Positions 45,117 to 56,219 of a DNA stretch of 64,000 nucleotides are shown piece by piece. The stretch comes from a virus. Its lineage: Duplodnaviria > Caudoviricetes. Both the position numbers and the translations under genes were made by a program. The notes under the pieces were generated by a model. The model was given only the letters and a program-made list of their open reading frames with translations, did not search any database and had not been told where the DNA came from. The stretch lies in IMG/VR virus record IMGVR_UViG_2841454579_000002, positions 1 to 64,000 of that record; one strand, written 5' to 3'. Numbering within the stretch: position 1 is the stretch's first letter; each line of letters starts with the position of its first letter.

Positions 45117-46290
45117 CAAGGCATTCACGGTTCAGACACGGGACGAGTTCAATGCTGTCTGGTTTCGGCCTACAACGACAAGTATGCTGGCCGGTGATTC
45201 AGCGACATTCACCAACAACTCGAATGTGTCTATCCGTATAGACGGGTTTCTCAGTGATTACTGGACAAACACCAGTAGTCTTACACTGAGTCCGGGCCAA
45301 TCATCTACACGGTATATTAAGAGCTCTCCAGCCAATTATGATCAGGAACACTATCTCGGGGCTAATGCCCTGAGTGGTGGTTATGACCCCGATACCACAC
45401 GGATTGTCGTCAGTTCGCCACCGGACAAAGAACCTGATTCTTTTTCAATGGGGTCAGACATCAACGACTGTGACCCGAAAGTCACACAATCGGGCGGCTT
45501 TAACCTGACCGGCATCAACACGATGCCCGACATTACGTTCAGTAACACCATCAACGGCGGCTACCACACCCGCTGGCTTAATGGGACAACACTACGCATT
45601 AATTGGTGGTCGGACGCGCCCAGTGACTACGGCCAAGCGCGTACCATCACGTTCAAGGCAGGGAGTAAGTCCGATAATCTAGTGATCCGGACTAAGCAAT
45701 GGCCGGACGTAGACCAGCTTATTGAACTGGGGATCACAAGCGGCACCATTAAACACAAAGACCATCTGGTTGATTTCTTCGGTGGCGATGCGCCGTACAA
45801 ACTCACTAACCTGTATCGCGGTGCAGGACTTGTACCCAGTATCTACCAGAACCGTAATATCCCGACTTCCGGCCAGATTAAACTGACGGACTTCTATGGT
45901 GCGGCCAATGGCTTTTACTGGATTTATGCCCCGTCCGGACGCTTCGCCCGCGCAAACATTCTGAACAGTTCGCAGACACTCAGCTACGATTGGATTGCGA
46001 AGAACGAGTTCGAAATCGGATACGGGATTCTGGCGGCACACGTTGAGTACCGGTACACAATGACGGTTAACAGCGAGTCCACTGCCACCCCGACATTTCA
46101 GTCAACGCATGGTGTATCACTCGGGTCGTGGTCACAGAACAACAAAGGTTTCCGTGTGAAGCACACGTGCCCGCAGGGATACGAGGAAATGATACGGGTA
46201 ACTATCCACGTCCAGGCCAGAAACGCACAGGACACTAAAATATCCATCCAGCGCGACATAGAAGTGGTCTACTATTTCTACGGCGTATGA
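45109..46290 (+). CDS. Tail fibre tip / adhesin
   Basis: LYRGAGLVP...NIPTSGQIKLTDFYG; follows the fibre gene. Confidence 0.65.
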   Translation: MANKAFTVQTRDEFNAVWFRPTTTSMLAGDSATFTNNSNVSIRIDGFLSDYWTNTSSLTLSPGQSSTRYIKSSPANYDQEHYLGANALSGGYDPDTTRIVVSSPPDKEPDSFSMGSDINDCDPKVTQSGGFNLTGINTMPDITFSNTINGGYHTRWLNGTTLRINWWSDAPSDYGQARTITFKAGSKSDNLVIRTKQWPDVDQLIELGITSGTIKHKDHLVDFFGGDAPYKLTNLYRGAGLVPSIYQNRNIPTSGQIKLTDFYGAANGFYWIYAPSGRFARANILNSSQTLSYDWIAKNEFEIGYGILAAHVEYRYTMTVNSESTATPTFQSTHGVSLGSWSQNNKGFRVKHTCPQGYEEMIRVTIHVQARNAQDTKISIQRDIEVVYYFYGV

Positions 46291-46396
46291 CGCAGAACTT
46301 TACTCACAGAACGCTTACAGGCATACTTTAGGGACTGCATCGTTCGATGCGTCCCTTACTTCCCCCTCAAATCTCACTCCCTCCGAGACCCCCAAA

Positions 46397-46618
46397 ATGA
46401 CACAAAATACCACAGCATATAATCTTGCTTTGAACCTCCAGTCTCAACTGGACAACGCGAAAGCCCAGAACGAACAAATGTTTCAGGCGTTGGAGCGTTT
46501 AGCTACAAAAGCCGGTGTTACAGAACCAGCCGGTATTGACTCACTTGTTTCCCAGATTGAGGCTTGCATCCTGCCTGCAGGACAGAGTTCTCCACCAAAA
46601 GGCGAAAAAACGAAATAG
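46397..46618 (+). CDS. Small coiled-coil protein, possible fibre chaperone
   Basis: 73 aa. Confidence 0.55.
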   Translation: MTQNTTAYNLALNLQSQLDNAKAQNEQMFQALERLATKAGVTEPAGIDSLVSQIEACILPAGQSSPPKGEKTK

Positions 46619-46719
46619 TTTTGTTTTCGTCACTAACAGTGATCTAATTCTCCCCGTTGACAGCAAATTCCCCCACGTTGTTGACCAATTTAACTAACCA
46701 TTAAGTTGCCTTCCTACAG

Positions 46720-48852
46720 ATGACCACCGACCATCCTACCGATAATGCCCCACCTAAGATCCGCCTTACCGACTGGACTAATGAGCCAACATTAGCCCAG
46801 TTAAAGCGAGATCATCAAGACGCCCAGGTTGAGACCAGCCAGCACAATGAAAATATTGACCGCTGGCTGGATAACCTCAACATCACGGGTACAGCGAAAC
46901 TTCCTAAGCAAAAGAATCGCTCCTCAGTCCAACCAAAGCTAATCCGCAAACAGGCCGAATGGCGGTATTCATCCCTGTCTGAACCCTTCCTCTCTACACC
47001 TGATATTTTCAACGTATCTCCGGTGACCTATGAAGACAGACGCGCAGCCCAGCAAAACGAACTCGTACTGAACCACCAATTCAACAACCAGCTGAATAAA
47101 GTCAAACTGATTGACGACTATATCCACACCGCAGTTGATGAAGGCACAGTCATTGTCCGTGTAGGCTGGGAACTGGAAGAAGAAGAAGTCACCAAAGAAG
47201 TTCCTGTGTTCGCAGAACAATCCCTAGACCCTTATGACCCTTCACACAACCAGTTCGTCCAGCAGCTGCAGGAATTGATGTCACTGGCTCAGGCAGACCC
47301 TGAAGCCTTTGAAGCTGCTCCTGAAGAAATGAAGCGTTCTGTACAACGTACCATGGAATTAGGCTACCCCATTGAAGTCTACATTTCAGAATACAAAACG
47401 GTTACCGAAAATAAGGTTGTTAAGAATCAGCCCACCGCAGAAGTCTGCGACTACAATGATGTGGTCGTAGACCCCTCCTGTAAAGGTGATGCAGAGAAAG
47501 CGAAGTTTATTGTTTATCGCTTTACTACTTCTCTGGAAGAACTACGTTCAGCAGGTCTGTACGAAAATCTGGATAGTATTCAGGTCACGAACAACAGCCC
47601 GTTAGCACAGGCTGATGAGAACGACCCTGATAACATGTCCTTTAACTTTAAGGACGAACCTCGCAAGAAGTTCTATGCCTATGAGTATTGGGGTTACTGG
47701 GATATACACGGTAACGGAACCGTTAAGCCAATCGTTGCAACATACGTAGGTGACACGCTTATCCGTATGGAAGAAAACCCGTTCCCGGATAAAAAGATTC
47801 CATTTGTCATTGTCCCGTATCTGCCGGTAAAGAACTCTCTTTACGGTGAACCGGACGGTGAACTTATAAAGGATAATCAGGACATCGTGGGCGCAGTAAC
47901 CCGCGGCATGATAGATATCCTTGGCTCAGTAGCTAACGGTCAACGTGGCTACCGCAAAGACGCACTGGATGCCTTAAACCGCAGACGGTTTGAGCAGGGT
48001 AAAGACTACGAGTTCAATTCTAATGTTGATCCCCGTATGGCTTTCCACACACATGCCTTTGCAGAAATCCCTGTATCAGCGCAGTTCATGCACCAACATC
48101 AAAGTGCTGAAGCAGATTCAATGACCGGCGTTAAATCATTCGGGGCCGGTATCTCCGGCAATGCTCTGGGTGATACAGCCACTGGTGTAAGAGGTGCATT
48201 AGATGCAGCATCAAAACGTGAACTGGGTATTCTCAGACGACTGGCCAACGGTATAGTTGCCATAGGACGAAAGTTCATTTCGATGAACTCACAGTTCTTG
48301 TCCGATGAAGAAATTATCCGTGTTACCAACGAAAAGTTTGTAGCCATTAAACGTGAAGAACTGGCCGGCAGCTTTGACCTGAAGCTATCCATATCTACCG
48401 CCGAGGAAGATAACGCGAAAGCACAGGAACTGGCTTTCATGTTACAGACTACCGGCCCGTCTTCAGACCCTGCAGAGGTTCGCATGATCCGTGCTGAGAT
48501 TGCACGGTTACGTAAAATGCCGGACCTCGCCAAGAAGATTGAGGAATACCAGCCACAGCCGGACCCTATCCAACAACAGAAGGCCGCGCTGGAACTGGAA
48601 GAACTCAAAGTGCAGATAGCCAAACTTCAGGCTGAAACACAGAAGATCTTCTCTGAAATCAATCTCAATGCTGCCAAAGCCGATGAGACCACTTCTAAAG
48701 CTGACCGCAATAACCTCGACTTCCTTCAGGAAGAGTCAGGTGTGAACCAGGAACGTGAGTTGCAGAAACAGGGCGCACAGGCCCGTGCAAACATCCAGCT
48801 GGAAGCGGCCAAAGCTGCCTTATCTCCTAAGCAGCAATCTACTCAAAACTAA
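46720..48852 (+). CDS. Portal protein (N4 gp59-like)
   Basis: PKLIRKQAEWRY, YEYWG, ENPFPD, GALDAASKRE; synteny. Confidence 0.92.
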   Translation: MTTDHPTDNAPPKIRLTDWTNEPTLAQLKRDHQDAQVETSQHNENIDRWLDNLNITGTAKLPKQKNRSSVQPKLIRKQAEWRYSSLSEPFLSTPDIFNVSPVTYEDRRAAQQNELVLNHQFNNQLNKVKLIDDYIHTAVDEGTVIVRVGWELEEEEVTKEVPVFAEQSLDPYDPSHNQFVQQLQELMSLAQADPEAFEAAPEEMKRSVQRTMELGYPIEVYISEYKTVTENKVVKNQPTAEVCDYNDVVVDPSCKGDAEKAKFIVYRFTTSLEELRSAGLYENLDSIQVTNNSPLAQADENDPDNMSFNFKDEPRKKFYAYEYWGYWDIHGNGTVKPIVATYVGDTLIRMEENPFPDKKIPFVIVPYLPVKNSLYGEPDGELIKDNQDIVGAVTRGMIDILGSVANGQRGYRKDALDALNRRRFEQGKDYEFNSNVDPRMAFHTHAFAEIPVSAQFMHQHQSAEADSMTGVKSFGAGISGNALGDTATGVRGALDAASKRELGILRRLANGIVAIGRKFISMNSQFLSDEEIIRVTNEKFVAIKREELAGSFDLKLSISTAEEDNAKAQELAFMLQTTGPSSDPAEVRMIRAEIARLRKMPDLAKKIEEYQPQPDPIQQQKAALELEELKVQIAKLQAETQKIFSEINLNAAKADETTSKADRNNLDFLQEESGVNQERELQKQGAQARANIQLEAAKAALSPKQQSTQN

Positions 48853-48925
48853 CCATCCGTGGCGCATTCCCGCGCCACTCAATCCCCCAATCTGAGCCGC
48901 AAGGCCAGGAAACTAAGGAAATACT

Positions 48926-49267
48926 ATGTCTACTGACAACGCAATCAAAGAAATCGAAATCTCTAAAAAAGACGCTGAAAAGCTGGTAGATGATGCCCGC
49001 GCTGTAAACCGTCTACTGAAGAACCGCGACTTTAAGCGTGTGATTACAGAAGGTTTCTTTGAGAAAGAAGCAGTCCGTCTTGTACTGCTGAAATCGGATC
49101 CAAACTTCCAAAGTCCTGAAGACCAGGCTTCTCTGTTAACCGCAATGGACGGTATCGGTGTGTTACGTCACTACCTGCAAACCCGTCTGGTATTAGGTGA
49201 TCAAGCCTCAGCATCCATTGAAGATTTGGATGCAGAACTTGAAGAACTGCGCGAAGAAGCGGAGTAA
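48926..49267 (+). CDS. N4 gp58-like protein
   Basis: NRDFKRVITEGFF..EAVRLV; synteny. Confidence 0.75.
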   Translation: MSTDNAIKEIEISKKDAEKLVDDARAVNRLLKNRDFKRVITEGFFEKEAVRLVLLKSDPNFQSPEDQASLLTAMDGIGVLRHYLQTRLVLGDQASASIEDLDAELEELREEAE

Positions 49268-49272
49268 GTTAA

Positions 49273-50412
49273 ATGGGTGACGATATTCTGGGTATGTCCG
49301 ATGAGGACTTTATGAATGCGTCATTTGACACCCCTGTTGAGGACTCTGCTACGGCGGAGTCTGCAAGCGACAGCGGTGCAGACGACTTTTCCGAAGAAAC
49401 CACTGTATACGAAGAAGGTACAGACGAAAGCCATGATGACTTTGAATCCGAAGCTGAAGCAGAAGCTGATGAAGCCGATGGTGAACATGAGGCCGCTGAT
49501 GAATCCGGAGAACTGGAGGAATCCCCAGCCGGTGAGACCGATCCCGATGAGTCTGGTGATGAAGCGTCTGAACCGGACAGTGCAGACAGCGTAGACTACA
49601 AAAGCGAATATGAACGGCTACTGGCTCCCTTTAAAGCCAATGGTCGTGATATGCAGGTCAGCAACGTAGATGAAGCTATTACGTTGATGCAGCAAGGTGC
49701 TAACTACAACAAGAAGATGACAGCGTTAAAACCAAACCTCAAATTAATGAGGATGTTGGATAACCATAGTCTGCTTGATGAAGGTAAGTTATCGTACCTG
49801 ATAGATCTGGATAAGAAGAATCCGGATGCAATTAAAAAGCTGATTAAAGATAGCGGCATCGACACCTACGAACTGGACGGTGAAGATACTGACTACAAGC
49901 CCAACACTTACACTGTTGACGACGCTGAAATGGAACTGGCTTCAGTCCTTGACGAAATCAAGGGAACGGATGCCTATGAAAAGACAGTACAAGTGGTCAG
50001 CAATAAGTGGGACACAGCCAGCCGACAAGCCATTCTCAATAACCCTCAAACTTTAGCAGTAATCAATGAACACGTAGCATCTGGTATCTACGATCAAATC
50101 ACTGCCGAAATTGAGCGTGAACGTATGTTTGGGCGGTTATCAGGACTCTCTGATATCGAAGCATACCGCCAAGTTGGTGATCGCCTACATGCCGCCGGTA
50201 AGTTCCGCAAACCGGACGCCGCGCAAAACCCTCCCCGTAGCAACGAAAGACCAACACCCACACCAAACAAAAAACCTGCTGAAGAAGTGCGAAAACAGAA
50301 ACAGCGTGTTTCAACTCCACGGTCTTCAAAAGGTGCTTCACCCGAACCCACCTTTAATCCCCTCGCCATGTCTGACGATGAATTTCTCAAACAATTCTCT
50401 GAGATGGCTTAA
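49273..50412 (+). CDS. N4 gp57-like scaffolding-type protein
   Basis: MSDEDF/MSDDEF at both ends; acidic N-terminus; PFKANG, LMQQGANY. Confidence 0.8.
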   Translation: MGDDILGMSDEDFMNASFDTPVEDSATAESASDSGADDFSEETTVYEEGTDESHDDFESEAEAEADEADGEHEAADESGELEESPAGETDPDESGDEASEPDSADSVDYKSEYERLLAPFKANGRDMQVSNVDEAITLMQQGANYNKKMTALKPNLKLMRMLDNHSLLDEGKLSYLIDLDKKNPDAIKKLIKDSGIDTYELDGEDTDYKPNTYTVDDAEMELASVLDEIKGTDAYEKTVQVVSNKWDTASRQAILNNPQTLAVINEHVASGIYDQITAEIERERMFGRLSGLSDIEAYRQVGDRLHAAGKFRKPDAAQNPPRSNERPTPTPNKKPAEEVRKQKQRVSTPRSSKGASPEPTFNPLAMSDDEFLKQFSEMA

Positions 50413-50432
50413 TGAATAGTTAGGACTATTTC

Positions 50433-51596
50433 ATGTCTCAAATTTATAACTCTCCTGTAAACGGTCAGGCTTCTTCTATCGGTCCTCAGCACCGTACTGA
50501 TGTCCACCTTAAACGCGCTCTGGTTGAGGCGGTAAAAGAAGAATACTTCGGCCAGCTGGCTACTTCTAAGCACATGCCGAAGAACATGGGTAAAACCATG
50601 AAGCTGTTCCACTACCTGCCGTTGCTTGACGAACGTAACATCAACGACCAGGGTATTGACGCATCCGGTGCAGCAATTGCAGACGGTAACCTGTACGGGT
50701 CTTCTAAAGACATCGGTACTATTACTTCTAAGATCCCTCTGTTGTCTGAAACAGGCGGTCGTGTAAACCGTGTTGGCTTCCGCCGTATCTCTATCGAAGG
50801 TACGCTGGAAAAGATGGGTTTCTTTGAAGAGTACACGCAGGAATCTCTGGACTTCGATACTGATGAAGATCTGCAATCTCACGTAAACCGTGAAATGACT
50901 GTAGGTGCTGACCAGTTAACTGAAGCTATCCTGCAATCAGACATCATCAACGCTGCCGGTACTGTGAAGTATGCAGGTACTGCATTGTCAGACGCTGATG
51001 TAAAAGTAACTGACCTGGTAACGTATGACGATCTGATTAAGTTATCTATCGACCTGGACAACAACCGTACACCTAAGCAAACCAAAGTCATTACCGGTAC
51101 TCGTATCATCGACACCCGCGTAATCTCCGGTGGCCGCATCATGTACACCAGTTCTGAGTTGATCCCGACTCTGATGGCCATGAAGGACTACCACGGCAAT
51201 CCTGCGTTTGTTGAAGTGAAGCACTACGCTGCCGCAGGCAACACTGTACGTGGTGAAGTAGGCTCTATCGCTGGCTTCCGTATCGTAACCCCACTGGAAA
51301 TGCAACGCTGGGAAGGCGCTGGTGCAGCTGGTGACGGTTCTACTTACGAAACCAACGGTAAAGTTGACGTATTCCCGATGCTGGTTGTTGGTGATGAGTC
51401 ATTCGCTACCATCGGTTTCCAGACTGACGGTAAGACTGTTAAGTTCAAAATCATCCACAAAAAGCCTGGCGTTGAAACCGCTGACCGTACTGACCCTTAC
51501 GGTGAAACTGGCTTCATGGCGATCAAATGGTACTACGGCTTCCTGCCGTTACGTTCCGAGCGTATTGCACTGCTGAAGACAGCTGCTAAAGCATAA
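50433..51596 (+). CDS. Major capsid protein (N4 gp56-like)
   Basis: [34 protein letters not shown]. Confidence 0.95.
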   Translation: MSQIYNSPVNGQASSIGPQHRTDVHLKRALVEAVKEEYFGQLATSKHMPKNMGKTMKLFHYLPLLDERNINDQGIDASGAAIADGNLYGSSKDIGTITSKIPLLSETGGRVNRVGFRRISIEGTLEKMGFFEEYTQESLDFDTDEDLQSHVNREMTVGADQLTEAILQSDIINAAGTVKYAGTALSDADVKVTDLVTYDDLIKLSIDLDNNRTPKQTKVITGTRIIDTRVISGGRIMYTSSELIPTLMAMKDYHGNPAFVEVKHYAAAGNTVRGEVGSIAGFRIVTPLEMQRWEGAGAAGDGSTYETNGKVDVFPMLVVGDESFATIGFQTDGKTVKFKIIHKKPGVETADRTDPYGETGFMAIKWYYGFLPLRSERIALLKTAAKA

Positions 51597-51659
51597 CCCG
51601 CCTGCCGCCCTCTACGTCTGTAGGGGGCTTCCTCTTTCCCCTCATTAAACGAGACTCCT

Positions 51660-52175
51660 ATGTCAGAAGTAACCCTGGAACAATTGAAAAATGAAGCTGA
51701 TGCGCTGGGTGTTAATTACCATCCTTCCATCGGTGAAGACAAACTGGCCGCTAAAATCGCAGAGTTCAAATCCGGACTGAAAGGCGAAGCTGCGCCAGCA
51801 GAAGCTGAGCCTGCACCGGTAAACGATGTTGCCGAACTGAAGAAACAGGCCGGTAAGTTAATCCGCATTAACGTATCGTGCATGAACGCTGCCAAAAAAG
51901 ACTGGGATGGTGAAATCATCACAGCCGGTAATACCACTGTAGGTACATTCCGTAAGTTCGTTAAATTCAACACTGAAGAAGGCTGGCACGTACCCCAGGC
52001 TATCTACAATGTTCTGAAAGCCCGTAAGTACAATGTCTTCTACACGAAGAAAACAAAGAACGGCGTGAACCAGCGTGCTGCACGTCTGGTTAATGAGTTC
52101 TCTATTGAAGTGCTGCCTGACCTGACTGAAGCAGAATTAGCAGATCTGGCTAAAGCACAAGCTGCACGGGGTTAA
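51660..52175 (+). CDS. N4 gp55-like protein
   Basis: Synteny; GWHVP, IEVLP.LT. Confidence 0.75.
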   Translation: MSEVTLEQLKNEADALGVNYHPSIGEDKLAAKIAEFKSGLKGEAAPAEAEPAPVNDVAELKKQAGKLIRINVSCMNAAKKDWDGEIITAGNTTVGTFRKFVKFNTEEGWHVPQAIYNVLKARKYNVFYTKKTKNGVNQRAARLVNEFSIEVLPDLTEAELADLAKAQAARG

Positions 52176-52178
52176 TAA

Positions 52179-53342
52179 ATGAATCTGGATAGCCTGACAC
52201 AAGGTATACCGGACGGTACGGGTACATTCGATCTGCTGATGCAGTCCATTAAGGCGCATCTTACCGAAGAGTACGATAAGAACCGTCTGAACGGCGAAGA
52301 GTATTCCCGCCTGTATTTGAATCTGACTACCGCAGTCCTTCAACAGGCAATCCAGTATCAGTTATCAGAACCTCAGTCTGCCGCACAGGTAGACGTACTT
52401 AAAGCCCAGAAAGACCAGATTGACGCACAGACAGCCATGCTTGCCCAACAACGGGCAAATGCGGTTACTGAGGGCCAGAACCTGATTAAGCAGGGACTCC
52501 TGCTAGATTCACAGCTTCTGGCTTCAGGGGAAGAAGTCCAGCGTATTGCCGCTCAGACAGATCAAATCACGCAACAAACCAGCAACCTCGTTAAAGAGGG
52601 TGTGAACATTGGTAAACAAGCAGATCTGATTGATGCCCAGGTAGCTACCGCAAACGCTGAAATACTTCGTGTTCAGAAGAACACAGCCGTCTTGACTCAA
52701 CAGGCCATAAACCTCGCGTCTGAGAACTCAAACTTACAGGCGCAGCATACCATCCTGACCAAACAGGCAACGAAACTTGATGCGGATACTGATTTCGTAG
52801 GGGCACAGAAAGGCCACCTGACCGCACAAACCTCTGTAGTAAACCAGCAGGCCAGTAACCTGACCGCAGAGGGTCTGAACATACCGAAGCAAGGTATTCT
52901 CCTGGATAAGCAGGCAGCGCAGTTAGATGACGAACTTCTGACTTCCGCGAAAACCCGCGAACGTGCTGATGCTGATATCGCACTATCCACTGTTCAGGCT
53001 TCCAAAGTTGCCAGCGATGTAGAGGTAAACACCGCATCCATTACCAAATCCACGAAAGAAGTGGAAATACTGGAGCAACGCAGAAAGTCCGAAGTAGCGC
53101 AAACTTCTGATTCTGTAGACGGTGTACTGGTTACTGGTCTTCTGGGCCGACAGCGCGAACTGTACGGTGCACAGATTGACGGTTTCAAACGTGATGCTGA
53201 GCAGAAAGTACTGAAGACGTTTGCTGATATCTGGTCAGTACAACGGACTACCGATAATGGCCTGTCACCGAATGACTGGGGATTCACACAAACAGCTGTG
53301 ACCTCAGCGATTACTAAGGCACTGGCCGGTATAGACGCATAG
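52179..53342 (+). CDS. N4 gp54-like virion protein
   Basis: GTGTFDLLM, FKRDAEQK; long Gln/Ala coiled-coil repeats. Confidence 0.75.
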   Translation: MNLDSLTQGIPDGTGTFDLLMQSIKAHLTEEYDKNRLNGEEYSRLYLNLTTAVLQQAIQYQLSEPQSAAQVDVLKAQKDQIDAQTAMLAQQRANAVTEGQNLIKQGLLLDSQLLASGEEVQRIAAQTDQITQQTSNLVKEGVNIGKQADLIDAQVATANAEILRVQKNTAVLTQQAINLASENSNLQAQHTILTKQATKLDADTDFVGAQKGHLTAQTSVVNQQASNLTAEGLNIPKQGILLDKQAAQLDDELLTSAKTRERADADIALSTVQASKVASDVEVNTASITKSTKEVEILEQRRKSEVAQTSDSVDGVLVTGLLGRQRELYGAQIDGFKRDAEQKVLKTFADIWSVQRTTDNGLSPNDWGFTQTAVTSAITKALAGIDA

Positions 53343-53372
53343 TTTGTACTTCAACGATTAACTAAGTGAGGG

Positions 53373-53399
53373 GGAGGGGCGAAAGCCTCTCCTTTTTTT
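53373..53399 (+). terminator. Intrinsic terminator abutting the next ATG
   Basis: GGAGGGGC-GAAA-GCCTCTCC-T7. Confidence 0.8.
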
Positions 53400-55796
53400 A
53401 TGGGTTACGTAATATCCGCTTCGACTTCTACAGTACCACTCTACGATGAGTATCCGGAGCCGGCACTGGAAGCTATACACTCTGCTATTTTCTCAGGCGA
53501 TGCTATCCGTACAACGGTCATTGACCGTGCTATGAACGGTATGAATAAAGCCATAGAGAAGTACTACCAGTACGGTAAAACCAGTTATGTGAACGGTGTA
53601 CCGAAAACCGTCTACACGGGGCGTACTGCCAATGAATCCAGCCTGATTGAATTTCTGACCGGCGTTGAAGGCCGTCCGATCACGGTAGACCAGTTTAAGT
53701 ACGGTACACCGACCACAGAACAGTTCATACGGTACTATCTGAATCACAACCATGGATTAAACCTTCTGACAGGCACTGTGACGAGTTTACCGGCCCAGAG
53801 CAGCATTGATATGGATGAGGACTATAATTCCTCACTGGCTGATGCTGAGACGCAAATACGGGAACAAACAGACGCACTGAAAGCCGGTATTCCGGTAGAC
53901 AGGGAAGAATCTATCACCGATATCTATGAGGGTGAGACTGTTACCCGTGTCGATACTTACGTTGTCCTGCAGAAAGAATCAGTAAAGTGTATCGGCAGTA
54001 AAACCCGTTCTGTGAAGTATGTTGACTATGAAGTAACTGGCACGGGCGAAGCCCTGCCAGTGTACACGCTTAATATGTCCGGCTATCAGGATGTGAAATG
54101 TAATGCCAGCGGTTCCGTCAGTTATCAGGAAACCCGTACACGAAAATACGTCAGGGCAGACGGTACTGAGACCGGCCATGAAACTACTGTCTTTGATAAG
54201 GTGAAGTTGTCTACTGGTTTGCAGACCTACACGTATTCTTACACTTACCCGTACAGTGATGATTACACGTCCGACTATCAGGTAGACATGGTGTATACGT
54301 ACGTGGAATACAGCTTTGAAGCTGAAGGCATTACTGTTACGAAGGCATATATTGATCAGGAAGATATGCTGACGCTTCTGATCGGTGACGACAGAGAAAA
54401 CCCGTTTATTGACCTCAAATACCGTGAAGTGGATATCGCCGTAGAAGGAGGTAACTATCCGGTGGTATTTCTACGTCACCAGCAGGAAGATTACTTAACG
54501 GAAGCCAGGCAGGAAGAAGTAGAGTTTACACAAGCACAACACATGTTGGACATGTTCGGCATTGATATCCTTGAACTCAGGGATAACATCAATGAGAACG
54601 AAGACGTAAACGACATTGACGAAGCCTACTTCATGCTGGCCATACAGCTGAATAACGATAGCAAAGCCGCTAAGAGTTATGCTTTTGACTTCTGGCTTGA
54701 TGCGTATGAGAACTCTCCGGAAACAGGCCGGTTTGATCCGCTAAACGGTACACCAGGGCTTCTGGCTTTCGACAGTCATGTCATGGCCGTCACTATCTCT
54801 GATGCAGTATTCGACTTACAGGTGATGTATGCCGGCATTGGGTTACGTTATGTTGAAGGTGTTCTGGATGACACCGGTGAAGTGTCTCTTGAGTACTCCG
54901 AAATTAACGATGTCCCTTACCTGACTTATAAAAAGCAGATTGACGATAACACGTATGCAATTCTGAAAGTCGCAGATCCGATGCATCGCAACACGGTGTA
55001 CGGGGATGGTGTTATTGAGACACGACTCAAAGATTACTGGGAAGACGATGAAAACCATAACTTCATTATCCCGCTACGCAGAGATCTGGTTCAGAAACAG
55101 AACCCGCTACAGCAGGAGCAGCTGCACTATGTCGGCCTGATGTTGGTATTCCACGCCTACGATAAACGCAAAACCAAATGGTATGAATCCAGTCTGTTTA
55201 AAGCCTTCCTGATAGTGGTAGCTATAGTGGTCATTGCGTATACAGGGTATGATATCTATACCAGTACCGCCGCTGCATTTGCTCAGGGCGGTACGGCAGC
55301 AGCTGCAACCTACCTTGCCACAGTCGTCCTGACATCAATTGCCATTAACATCGCTATCAAGTACACCGTGAAAGTAATCGGACCGGAACTGGCGTTTCTT
55401 GTGGCAGTCGTTACAATCGTAGCTGCCATGTACGGCTATATGTCCGAGACATCCTTTCTGGATATCGACCCTAAGACGCTACTTTCTGTAGGTACGTCAA
55501 TCGGTAAGGAAAATAACGAACAACTGACAGCGGTACTTCAGTCTGAGATGGAAGCCTTTGAGGAAGAATACGACCTCATGAAGGAAGATATCGAGACACT
55601 GAAAGAACTGCTCAGTACATCCAACCTCGTTGATCCTTACAGCTTCATTAACCGGCCCCATACCATCAACCTAAACGAAACCGCTGACCAGTTTCTCCAA
55701 CGGTCACTTATCTCCAATCCGGGAGTGCTGGCTTACGATCTCATTGATAACTACGTTGCCACGCAAGTTCAACTCCCCAAACCACAGTACACATAG
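53400..55796 (+). CDS. N4 gp53-like protein with C-terminal TM helices
   Basis: TKWY followed by hydrophobic segments; synteny. Confidence 0.75.
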   Translation: MGYVISASTSTVPLYDEYPEPALEAIHSAIFSGDAIRTTVIDRAMNGMNKAIEKYYQYGKTSYVNGVPKTVYTGRTANESSLIEFLTGVEGRPITVDQFKYGTPTTEQFIRYYLNHNHGLNLLTGTVTSLPAQSSIDMDEDYNSSLADAETQIREQTDALKAGIPVDREESITDIYEGETVTRVDTYVVLQKESVKCIGSKTRSVKYVDYEVTGTGEALPVYTLNMSGYQDVKCNASGSVSYQETRTRKYVRADGTETGHETTVFDKVKLSTGLQTYTYSYTYPYSDDYTSDYQVDMVYTYVEYSFEAEGITVTKAYIDQEDMLTLLIGDDRENPFIDLKYREVDIAVEGGNYPVVFLRHQQEDYLTEARQEEVEFTQAQHMLDMFGIDILELRDNINENEDVNDIDEAYFMLAIQLNNDSKAAKSYAFDFWLDAYENSPETGRFDPLNGTPGLLAFDSHVMAVTISDAVFDLQVMYAGIGLRYVEGVLDDTGEVSLEYSEINDVPYLTYKKQIDDNTYAILKVADPMHRNTVYGDGVIETRLKDYWEDDENHNFIIPLRRDLVQKQNPLQQEQLHYVGLMLVFHAYDKRKTKWYESSLFKAFLIVVAIVVIAYTGYDIYTSTAAAFAQGGTAAAATYLATVVLTSIAINIAIKYTVKVIGPELAFLVAVVTIVAAMYGYMSETSFLDIDPKTLLSVGTSIGKENNEQLTAVLQSEMEAFEEEYDLMKEDIETLKELLSTSNLVDPYSFINRPHTINLNETADQFLQRSLISNPGVLAYDLIDNYVATQVQLPKPQYT

Positions 55797-55805
55797 GTAA
55801 ATACC

Positions 55806-56219
55806 ATGTTCTCACTCAACGCTTTACCCGCCGCAGCAGTTCCCGCCGCCAACGTAGGCATTAACTTTAATCAGAACCAGTGGGATCCCTCTTTCTGGGA
55901 CAACATGCTGGGGTACACCGATAAAACAACCGGCATCGACCATAACGGATGGGGTATGCCGGCACTACAAGGATTAGGCAGCCTGGCTCAGACGTATCTG
56001 GGTTTCCAGCAACTGGGGCAGGCAAAGGACCAGTTCAATTTCCAGAAGGACTTCGCCATCCAGAACTATAACCAGCAAGCCACCACACTGAATGCACAGC
56101 TGGAAGACCGCCAACGTGCACGATTAGGTGATGATGCCGCCACAGGTAACCAGTACTACCGTTCAGTCGGTGATTACATGAATACCTGGGGCGCAAAGGA
56201 GTACGGCAATAATGGCTAA
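55806..56219 (+). CDS. N4 gp52-like ejection protein
   Basis: Gly/Gln/Asn-rich; LNAQLEDRQRAR. Confidence 0.75.
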   Translation: MFSLNALPAAAVPAANVGINFNQNQWDPSFWDNMLGYTDKTTGIDHNGWGMPALQGLGSLAQTYLGFQQLGQAKDQFNFQKDFAIQNYNQQATTLNAQLEDRQRARLGDDAATGNQYYRSVGDYMNTWGAKEYGNNG

